A stretch of DNA of 64,000 nt from the NCBI GenBank assembly GCA_008632985.1, contig QPGO01000045.1, forward strand, positions 434,001 to 498,000, read 5' to 3'. Below are positions 54,240 through 64,000 of the stretch, in pieces. The stretch's first letter is position 1; every line of letters begins with the position of its first letter. This DNA comes from Psammoneis japonica. Its lineage: Eukaryota. The position numbers were made by a program, and so were the translations under genes. The notes beneath the pieces are model-generated. The model was not told the origin of the DNA and searched no databases. It saw nothing but the letters and a program-made list of their open reading frames with translations.

Positions 54240-57200
54240 AGTGACTTTTTCTGCAGTTTCACACTTTGCCTGCAGAGGGTTTTTTTCTGCCCACCCAAGT
54301 GCCACTCTGCCACCACAACTGCAGTCAAGCAAGCCACCCAAACTGTGCTCAGCCATTTGAGGTTGTTTCTTGGAACTTGAAGAGTGCACTGAAAAGCTGA
54401 GAGTGCAAACGTTTGGCAAAAATGACTTTTTCTGTGGTTTGACACTTTGCCTGCACGGGTTTCTGCCCACCCTGAGGCTGTTCTGCCACCACAACGGCAG
54501 TCAAAAAAGCCACCCAAACTGTGCTCAACCCTTTGAGGCTGTTTTTTGCAATGAAGAGTGTGGTCAAATGCTGAGAGTTCAAGCCATTGGGCAGAAGTGA
54601 CTTTTCATGCCACTGACACTTTTCCACCACACAGCAGCTGCTTTTCTGCCTGCTGCCTGCATGGGCAGTGTGATCACCTGCATTTTGTGGGAAAAAACCC
54701 GCTGAACAATTTTGTGGATGGATGTGTTTTAATGATCACATCTCTCCCTCAAACACCATCATCCAAACAAACCCTCAGTGTCTTGCTCCCCTTTCCACAC
54801 ATGAGGAATTTGGCTCTGCTGTTTGTTTTCTCCGACAACGCGATTTGAGAAAAACCATCAAACACGTGTGCATTCACGACAAATTTAATGACTGTTTTCC
54901 CTTCAAGCATGTTTCTTGGGACACAAGGAGTGTGCTCAGAAGCCAAGACTGCCAGCACATTGGCAAAAGTGCCTTTTGCTTTCTGTGGCTTGACACTTTG
55001 CCTCTCTGTGGGTTTCTGCCTGCCCAGAGGCTGCTCTGCCACAGGGCTGGCAGCAGTCAAGCAGGTCACCAAAGCTGTGCTCAATCATTTGACAATGTTT
55101 CTTGGGACATGAACAGTGTGCCAAGTGGCCACAAGAGGGCAGAAAATTTGGCAAAAGTGATTTTTTCTGCCCGCCGACACTTTGACACCAGACTTTTCTT
55201 TGGCTGCAGCTGACACTTTGCTCTGCCACCACAACTGCAGTTAATTGAGCCCCACAACTTGTGCTGAACCCCTTGAGGTTGTTTTTTGGGACATGGAAAG
55301 TGTGCTCAGAAACCAAGATTGCAAGCTCATTGGCAGTGGTGACTTTTCCTGAGGTTTGACACTTTGCCTGCAGGGGCTTCTGCCCACCCAGAGGCTGCTC
55401 TGCTGTCACATGGCTGCAACCAAGCAAGCCACCCAAATGGTGCTCAACCATTTGACAAAATGCTTTTGGACAGGACAAGTGTGCTCAAAAGATGAGAGTG
55501 CATGCAATTTGGCAGAAGTGACTTTTGACGCGTTCCAGGTCTAGGTGGGACCTCGTGCCACTGAACTGTGACATCGACAGTTTTTTGAATCGCGTCGTAT
55601 GTCGCGCACGTACATTTCTACGTGATTTTGGCGAAATTTTGTATGATTTTATAGTGCAATTATCAGGCTGTCCATTGAACAACTTTTCACATTTTTTTCT
55701 TCTACGCCATTCTCGAGTGTCTTAAGAATGGCGCAGGGCAGGCGCATCATCCAAAACTTCGAGTACGAACAGGGACAGATGTGCTACAAACGTGGCCGTT
55801 TTTTTTATGTCGAAGACAAATGTGTGCATCAACCAGAGTACGAACCACAGAGCTCGCACGTAGAATTCTACGGGGCAAATGTCACAAAAAGTCCCACCTG
55901 GGACTGGAACCCGTCTTTTTCTGCCGACTGACACATTCCCATCAAACACTGCTTTTCTGCCTTCAGCCCAGATTTCACACTGCCACACCACAGCTGCAGT
56001 TGAGCAAGCCACCCAAGCTGTGCCCAACCTTTCATGAATGTTTCTTGGGACACAAGAAGTGTGCTCAGAAGCCAGTGCTGCAAACACATTGGCAGAAGTG
56101 GCTTTGTCTGTGGATTGACACTTTGCCTCCAGTTGCATCTGCTCACCCACACCAGAGGCTGCTCTGCCACCACAGCTGCAGCCAAGCAAACCACCCAGAC
56201 TCTGCTCAACCCTTTGAGCTCATTTCTTTGGACATGGAAAGGGCACTCAGATGCTGAGAGCACAAACAATTTGGCGGAAGTGACTTTGTTTCTGCCAACT
56301 GACACTTTCCCCCCTGCTTCTGGGCTGCGCTTGCTGCCCAGAACTTGCTTTGCACTGCCACAACTGCAGCCAAGCAAGCCACCCACACTGTGCTTGTCCC
56401 TTTGAGGTTGTTTTTTAGAACATGAAGAGTGTGCTCAGAAGCTGAGAGCACAAACAATTTGGCAGCTTCCTTGCTGCTTTTCCACCAGGTTTCTCTGCCT
56501 GCTGCCTGGATTTGCTCTGACACCACAGCTGCACTCAAGCAAGCTGTCCAAGCTGTGCCAAGCCATTTGAGGGTGTTTGGTCAAGATGTGATTTTTCTGC
56601 CAACTCTGACACTTTTCCACCGTGCTTCTTTGCCTGCTGCTGCCACCCAGATTTGGCTCTGCCGCCACAGCTGCAATGTCAAACAAGCTGCCCAAGCTGA
56701 GGCAAGCCAATTGAAGATGTTTCTTGGGACATGAAAAGTGTGCTCAGAATCCAAAACTGCAGCTGCATTGGCTGAAATGATTTTTCTGCTGTTTGACACT
56801 TTGCCTCCAACAGCAGCTTTCGCCCAACTGGAGCCTGATCTTCTGCCACAGCTGCACTCAAGCATGCCATCCAAATGGCACTCAGCCAAACAATCAGGCA
56901 CAAGTGACTTTTTCTGTGGTTTGACACACTTTGCCTGTGCTTTGCAGCAGTTTCTGCTGCCCACCCAGGTGCCTGCTCTGCTGCCATGACAGCTGCAGTC
57001 AAACAAGCCACCCAAACTGTGCTCAGCCATTTGACAACATTTCTGGGGACATGAAGAGCGTGCTCTTTTTCCACCAGGCTTGTCCTCCACCTCTTGCTGC
57101 TGACCATGTTTTGCACTCTGCTGCTGCCACACAACTGCAGTCAACAAAGCTGCCAAAACTGTGCTTGCCCCTTTGAGGTTGTTTCTTGGGATGTGAAAAG

Positions 57201-57320
57201 CATGCTCAGAAGCTGAGGGAGCAAACAATTTGGCAGAATTGACATTTTGCGTGGTTTGATGCTTTGCCTGCAGAGAGATGGGTTTCTGCCAAACCAGAGG
57301 CTGCTCTGCCACCACTGCTG
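54240..57320. repeat. Degenerate tandem array of ~180-bp units, about 14 copies
   Basis: Recurring gtgactttttc...gacactttgcc...caactgcagtcaagcaagccacccaaactgtgctca...tttcttgggaca...gtgctcagaa. Confidence 0.85.
55527..55915 (-). mobile_element. 389-bp MITE, young TA-rich copy, TSD TTTT, inserted in the satellite
   Basis: gacgcgttccaggtctaggtgggac / gtcccacctgggactggaacccgtc. Confidence 0.93.
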
Positions 57321-57815
57321 CAGAGTTGGGCAAGCAACCCAAGCCCATTTCGATGGAACAAGAAGGGCTCATGTTGGCGCATGATGGCAGAGAGTGTGAG
57401 CTCATCATCCCATCTTGTCCTGTCATTTGACACTCCATTTCCTTGAGATTTTTTGAGGGATCTGCACTGCATTCCGCACAATTCGGCCCACTCTTGTTCC
57501 CGACAAACGACGACTCCTCTGCTCGCACTTGGTCTGCTCGTTGAATGACTGTGTGCCGCATTCTGTCTTGCGTGGTCCCGTCCGTCTGACAAAATTTGAA
57601 ACAACATGGGAACATGAAGACGCATTTGAAATGACCGTTATTCTGCATGGATAAACACAGGAAGTCGTGTCACAATCTGTAAGAAAACGTTTCTAACACT
57701 TAACCATGTCTATACATTGAAAATAAATTCAACGTTTTCAATATAGCATACATTTGCCGATGCGTACATTCAAAAATTGGCAGTTCAATTGAAAAAAACT
57801 ACGTTCTAAACATTT

Positions 57816-57907
57816 TTATCCTCTGACGTCAGCATCATTCGGATATATGTATAACCTTCGTAACCAAATGAGCTTATATTCATTTGTTATCCTCTGACGT
57901 CAGCATC
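57816..57907. promoter_or_regulatory. 21-bp direct repeat, each copy with TGACGTCA
   Basis: ttatcctctgacgtcagcatc at 57816-36 and 57887-907, upstream of the GT32 gene. Confidence 0.4.
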
Positions 57908-58092
57908 GAAATGAAGCAAGATTGGTCCTTCGCGCACGTGCCAACAGCCGAACGCAACCGCCGCGCAAACAAAAAACACACGACACAACATACCGTTTCC
58001 ATTCGCGGGAGTTGAGCGGGTCAAAAACAACTCCACGAGCCAAGTGTTACAAATACACAAGCAAGTAGAGTCGTGCGAAGAAGGACACGCCC

Positions 58093-59058
58093 ATGAACTT
58101 GGAAAGAAGAAGCCAACAACATCGAGATACCTCCCAAAGAGTCGTTTGGTCGACCTGGAACGAAGAGCGGACAAAAGACTTTCCTCAGATTCTCCAATAT
58201 CGCGAAGAATGGAGAAGCTTTGGCTATGAACTATCTGTGACTCCAAATGTGGATATTCGATTGGATGTAGAAAGGCTCGTTCGAGAGACAAAAAAGCATC
58301 ACTTACTGAGAGTGTTTGACAGTCTTGCAACAAAAAATATGCAGTTTGATTTCTGGCGTTTTACCAAACTCTACTTGGACGGTGGTGTTTATGCAGATGT
58401 CGATGTAAGGCCGAAACTTGACATTATCAAGTGGCAGGATGAAGCACGGGCCAGTGGCTCGGTTGTATTGTTTGAAGAATCTCCAGCGTACATGGCGAAC
58501 TCGACATTCTTTCATGCGGTCCGGCCTATCTTTTCCAATTTTCAAGAGTTGCCCTCGTATGCAAGTTGTGTCGTTGTCGCGCCCGGTCCCAAGTCACAGT
58601 TCTTTCTCGATCTGCTTTTGCAAGTGCACCCTGAAAAGTGGGAGAACGAAAGAGAGCCCCGTCGGACGCTCATGACGGCAGGGCCAGGACTTTTAACAAA
58701 ATTTGCCAAGAAACGAGAAGATGTGGTTTTAGCTTCAAGACTGGACGCTAGCCACTCATATGTCCATACCTCGTTTGGAACGTGGAAGCCACAACAGACT
58801 CTGCTTTACGAGAAATACGGAATGTTAATTCCAGTCTTCTCATGTTTGATTGTTTTCCTTGGATGCTACTATTATGTTCGAGGGCGCAGACGAAGAATAA
58901 AAAAGAAGAAGAGATGTCCTCGAGAAGAAGAGGAAGACGAATGCTCAAGCTTGGAGGATGATATGGAAAGAGGTTCAATGTCATTTTGTGATAGAAAAGA
59001 CGACTCCAACTTGATTCGACGAACGTCTGTGGAATCCATGGCGAAGGACAAGGAGTGA
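58093..59058 (+). CDS. GT32-family (OCH1/SUR1-like) DxD glycosyltransferase with a C-terminal TM helix
   Basis: DFWRFTKLYLDGGVYADVDV, TAGPGLLT, HTSFGTW. Intact 321-aa ORF; the true start may be upstream. Confidence 0.8.
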   Translation: MNLERRSQQHRDTSQRVVWSTWNEERTKDFPQILQYREEWRSFGYELSVTPNVDIRLDVERLVRETKKHHLLRVFDSLATKNMQFDFWRFTKLYLDGGVYADVDVRPKLDIIKWQDEARASGSVVLFEESPAYMANSTFFHAVRPIFSNFQELPSYASCVVVAPGPKSQFFLDLLLQVHPEKWENEREPRRTLMTAGPGLLTKFAKKREDVVLASRLDASHSYVHTSFGTWKPQQTLLYEKYGMLIPVFSCLIVFLGCYYYVRGRRRRIKKKKRCPREEEEDECSSLEDDMERGSMSFCDRKDDSNLIRRTSVESMAKDKE

Positions 59059-60559
59059 TTCATGTGGTATGTTTGGATTCTGTGTCCGGCTTCATGTTGA
59101 CAAGCACATTTAGTAGCTACACTTTATAACCCGCCCTATATCTTTTCAATCATATGCTAGCTTGTGAAAGTTTCAGAATGGAAAATGGAAGCGTTGCTTT
59201 TTACTTATGTACCAAGTTACCTGTGTGGCTAGTTTCCTACAGCCATATTGGGTCTTGTATTGTTTGCCGTGTTGGATACACCTCATACGTAAGAAAGCAA
59301 AGCCCAAAGGACGGACTCGCTTGGTAGAGCACTTATCAGACATGTCAGCCCTCGAAATTTCAAAGTTCTGGATCAAGTCGTGCGTTTCTAACACATCACG
59401 GACGTTTTTTTCTTTGCGCATCGGATCACTCTTTTTGAGACCAATCGAAGGCGCTGTGACTGATGTTTGATTGAAAAATTAAAACCGAGATCTGCAATCC
59501 CTGACTACTTGACATGGACTGAACAGCGATTGGACTACTAAAAGCACGTCGGCGTGGTATCACAGTGACAACTCCGACACTCGTAAACCGTAAAACGGTG
59601 AATTGTGAGCTCACAACAACGCGTGAGCACAAGAATGACCAAACAACCACCAGTCATTTCGACGGTCATTCTAATGACACTCGATGGGACACGGGAGGGG
59701 GGCAGACATAATTTTAAATGCAACATCAGCAATAAATTTATTTCGATCTGTGTAAACTCACACTCTTAGCTCCTTTTCATTTTATGTGCGGAGCCACAAT
59801 GGCTCGCAAACAAAGCATTCCCGCTGTGCTGCTTTGTCGTTGCCAGTTTTGTTGGAACACATGGTGCCGCATGGACAAAGCTTGAATGGAAGCGTGGTCG
59901 CACCAGCCCGGAGCTCGGTTGAAAGTTCTGAGTGCCAGGCGAAGAGCGAACCTTTTAGATTTTTTGGTTGGGTTGATGGTTGATTGATCAATTGATTGGT
60001 GTGTTTGCGATGTGTGCTTGTCCCCACATTGCAGTGTCGTGTGCGTCTGCTTTGTCTTCTTGTTCTTTCCAACCGCGCTCTTGCTCCACACATTCCTTGA
60101 CACAGAGTGAAGGATCCTGCTTCACACACATCGTCAGAGAGGTCAGGAGCACGTTCTGCAGGCATGTCTCTGATCAATGATGACATGGCTGGCCATGCAC
60201 TGACAAGCTAGAAGCAACAACCACAAGACGAATCGCTGAACTGCTCCAGTCACAAGAAAATCGGAAAGTGCAAACCACACCCAGCGCTTCTTGCCGCGCA
60301 ATGAGACCAGCTCCAAGGCCTCACCAAATTTGTTTGGCAGGCAGGTCGACATCCCAACACTCAAGGCAGCAAGGCAATGTCCAGAGCATTGAAAATGTCA
60401 AACATCCGCTGTCTGAGACAAGACAGAGCAACACAAGAAGGAAGAACTGCTGGTCTTGATGACACTCATGAAGCTGCGCAAGGGCTTGTGCGACTCGCCA
60501 AAATCAACACTGAGACCAGTCAGCCACAAAGAGACAAAGACCACACCCCAGTTGATTGC

Positions 60560-60770
60560 CAAGCGGCCACAGACAATGCCGTCCTCCAAGCCACAGGCTC
60601 TGAGCGAACTCACGAAGCCACTTTCCATCAAGGAGTTCAGCACGCAAATGCGAACAATGCAGTCCTCCAAACCACAGACTCGGAGCAAACAAATGCAGCC
60701 CGCGTCTGTCAAGGAGCTCAGCAAGTGACTGCAAACAGTGCCACCATCCAAGCCGGCGGCTCTGAGCAAA
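60560..60770 (+). repeat. 81-bp (27-aa) tandem repeat, about three units
   Basis: aca(a/g)tgc at 60573, 60654 and 60735: NAVLQATGSE / NAVLQTTDSE / SATIQAGGSE. Confidence 0.75.
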
Positions 60771-61482
60771 ATGAGTCATGCCCTGCTTTGGAGGCGAATG
60801 GCAAAAATCCCCTGTTGACACCGTCGATGAAACAGCGCCAGTTGAGAATCCCAGCAAACACGTGCTGGGCATGACTCCTGCTTGCCATCACCACTCCTTT
60901 AGAAAATGCACGTCAGAGCAAGGTGACTGCTCATCCCACGTGACTTCTGGCTCTTTGCAAGAGCCCAGCCAAGGAGCAACGTCCCAACCAAGGAGCAACA
61001 TCAGTTGAAGACAGTGGGGCGACGAAAGTGCCGAGTGCAATCACTCAGCAACAGACGTGTTCTAGCCCCCGGTGATGCACAAAATGACAATCAATTTTGA
61101 ACACAAATTGTGTGTCTTTTGGTGCATGGAGCATTTTCATGTAAAACACTCAAGTGGATTGGCTTTTGCAGGCATCCAGAGCACTCATCAGAGTGCACGA
61201 AATGTCAAAAATGTGCAGATTTACATGATGATAATTTGTCAAAATGTTGCAAAAAATTGTTGTCACATGATGAAAGGCCAACCTCTGGTTGCAAGTTTGG
61301 TGCGCCAGTGTTGCAACAACTTGTTGAGAATTGTTTGTGCCATTTTTCACTGTGTCCACATCGCTGTTTCTGCCTCCACCTTGTTGCCACATGCCAATGC
61401 GTGATTTCTTTGCCACACAATCCTTGGTTTGTCAATTTTCGCAAACATTGTTTTAAACAAGAAAATCATTTCATCAGTTGAG

Positions 61483-62100
61483 TCAATCCCTTGTCACATC
61501 TGCAGTGCAGTGACCAAGTGCTGTGTCAACTGTGCACACATTTTCTTGCTGCAACTCTCTTAAACCAAGCTGACGATCATCATCGGACTCGTCTCCATCG
61601 GACTCGTCTCCTCCGTCATCCGTTTTGCCTTTTGCGCCTTCCTCCTGCTCATCGTTGTCACTGTTGTTGTCCCTGCTGCTCTCCACCATTGGGCTGTTCA
61701 TTGCCTTCACCTTCTCCGCATCACCGGTCAGTGCTTTCTTCTTCTTCTTTTTTGCTTCTCCGGACTTCTTGCACTCACTTTTCTTGATCTCCGCATGCCA
61801 CTTTTCAAACTCCTTGCCCTCCTTGGAGTCTCTGTCTTTCATCACCTCTTTGCACAAATCGTCGAACCGATTGATTCCATCATCTCCCCAAGACACTCAT
61901 TGTTTCTTTGGCTTCATGTGCCGAGGGGCAGGCCTTGTTTCTTCAGGCTCCATTTCCTCACCCAGTTCTTCCACCGCCTCCTCCTTGTTCCTGCATGCCC
62001 ACACCTGCCAACAATTCTCCCCATTTTTTGCGTGTTGTTCTTCTTTTCCCTTCTCATCCACAAGACAAGGATGATGAGCATGAGTCTTGATGAAGGCCCT
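61483..62100 (-). pseudogene. Probable accessory ORF relic of the adjacent transposon
   Basis: SWGDDGINRFDDLCKEVMKDR followed by a Lys/acidic tail. Divergent from the transposase. Confidence 0.35.
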
Positions 62101-62619
62101 GTCAACATTGTCTGATTGAAAATGGACGGAAACCCTCTTCTCTGTCCCGGTTGTTGCCAAAGTTTTTTGCGAACAGCCTGCCATTGGAGATGCTTGCCAA
62201 CGTGTTGCTCAGTTGCCCAAGAGTTGCAAACCCAAGATCTGATCCCAGATCAAAGTGACATTCCTGCCACAACAGAGGGGCCACCCAAAGAAAGTGGCAG
62301 TTCTTCCTCTTTGTCCTCTGATGATGATGAATCCCATCCGAGGCGATCTGCTTGCAGCAGATTCCCAAGATCTTCAATGAGTGATCCGAGCAGCAGCCCC
62401 TTGCTCCCCTCCCCAGATGACGCGCCGCACGGAATGGACGACATGTCCTCCATTTCATTCAACCACAGCATGCATGGAGCTGAGCTTTCAGCAATGAACG
62501 ATTTGGATGTTGGCGGTGATCAATCCTTTGCTGCAGTGTTGGACGTGACAATGGAGGAGGAAGAGGACATTCACGATGAGGATCAACGTTTGGGGATCAG
62601 GTGTGACGCTCTCCTGCAG

Positions 62620-64000
62620 AAGAGGCCTTGGCTTCTGCTCCCTCTTTGACAAATCTTGAGGGAGCTTGTGCAGAGTTGTGCAAGAAGCTCATGGACACAC
62701 GTGGTGCTCCTCTGGAATTGTGCGACTGCATTGTTGATTTCATTGAGAGGCACACTGGCAACAGCAAAATTGAGCTTGGTGCAGTTCTGCCAAGGAGAAA
62801 AGAGTTGATGCGCACCTTAACCAAGCATTTCCCTCTTCCACCCAGCGAGTCCATTCCTGTCACTCTAGAAACCAAAAATTTCAAAGCCGGTTTGCCAAAA
62901 TGAGTGTCAGTGCCAAGATGGGATTTCACAAAGGTCTGGGAACAGTTTTTGCTCGATCCTCACCTGCGGTGCAGCAGAGAGAACATGGCCGATCCAGACA
63001 ATCCTTTTGGGAAGCACAAAGTGAAGGGACCGGATGACAAGTGCCTTTTGGCGGGTGAGTGGCACAGGCGCAGTTGCGCAGAATGGATGACTGACCCAAA
63101 GAAACAATTTTTTGAGTGCAATGTCATTTGCCTCAACAAGACTGGCAGGACACAAGGGATGGGATCACATTGTGGAGAACCAGTGATCATGACCTCTGCG
63201 CATGTTGCCTTCAACAAATGGTCAGACAAGAGTGTCTGGAAACCAATTGGTTGTCTCCCGGATTTGGAAAAGATGTCGTCATCTGCGGCAAAGAATCTCT
63301 CAAACAATTGCAAGGCGGAGAAGGGACGCTTGTTGAGAGACTGCCACACTTGCTTGCGTGTCATTTTGGAGCCACTTTTGGAAGTCATGAGAAAAGGAGG
63401 CATGAACACACACGTGTGACGAGGGGATGAGATGCGATGCCTCCACGCAATCCCGCTGATCATTCTGATCACAGGAGATGCAAAAAGCGGCGACTGTCTC
63501 GTCGGATGATGCGGAGGTCACAACTGTCGTCAACGTTGCTGTCGTTTTTGCCTCGCTGGCTCAACAAACTGGACAACCCATGGATTGAATGCGAGTTCAT
63601 CAGAGGACTGGATCTCCAACAAGTGCAAACTAAGGCCAACAATGACAACAGATCAGACCAAGAAAGGAAGTGCTGGTTGGGCATCTTGCATCACCTCAAG
63701 CAACACAACGCACCCACCAACTGTCTTTTTGAGGCAGACTTTGGTGCACAACCATGTGGGCGTCACCCTTGCGACAGCAAGCAACATGATGCATCTCTTT
63801 GAAAATGGCACCTTGAAAAGGGCAATCAATTCATTTGTAGACAGCATGACACCTGTGGTCGCAAGTGAGGTGGACAGAACAGTGGAAAGGATTTTCAGCA
63901 ATCACCGGTCAACTTGCAAAGCCTCCTTTTTGCGAACAAACTTCAAAGGAGGAGCAACGTCGCTTGCCTTCCTCAACTCTCACCACTGGGCTGGAATGGC
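62620..64000 (+). mobile_element. Plavaka-like transposase relic, running off the window
   Basis: GAPLELCD, DPDNPF, GEWH, ICLNKT, GEPVIMT, WKPIGCLPDL, RDCHTCLRVIL, ITGDAKSGD match the Plavaka pattern if Tyr is restored. Confidence 0.65.

Larger units (their letters stand above)
47400..57630. other. TpA-depleted block 4
   Basis: TA is nearly absent outside the MITE copies, chiefly the one at 55527. Confidence 0.9.
59790..64000. other. TpA-depleted block 5
   Basis: TA is nearly absent and the ORFs are almost Tyr-free. Confidence 0.9.

Noticed and set aside
54240..57320. CRISPR-like array
   Set aside because: The units are long and degenerate with no unique spacers or cas genes, and the context is eukaryotic.

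Overview
This is eukaryotic nuclear DNA, most likely from a diatom: it has GT-AG introns and a nuclear cpn60 with a bipartite ASAF plastid presequence. The window is a mosaic of two sequence states. Normal-composition islands (about 2.0-3.6, 17.8-21.9, 29.8-47.1 and 57.6-59.8 kb) hold the recognisable genes: UTP4, a Cu P1B-ATPase head-to-head with plastid cpn60, an [FeFe]-hydrogenase fused to a flavodoxin/FNR diflavin reductase, and a GT32 glycosyltransferase. The blocks between them (about 1-2.0, 3.6-17.8, 22-29.8, 47.4-57.6 and 59.8-64 kb) have lost almost all TpA dinucleotides. They contain transposon relics, MITEs, a satellite and host-gene pseudogenes in which conserved Tyr codons now read Cys or His. 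Comparing repeat copies shows directional TA->TG/CA change, i.e. A->G at TpA on either strand. This points to a region-restricted hypermutation process running opposite to fungal RIP, and it is the main candidate for an undescribed system. The hydrogenase-diflavin fusion is the second highlight. Most island genes carry homopolymer indels or stops, so assembly error cannot be excluded. All family calls come from motif recognition by eye; no searches or counts were run.
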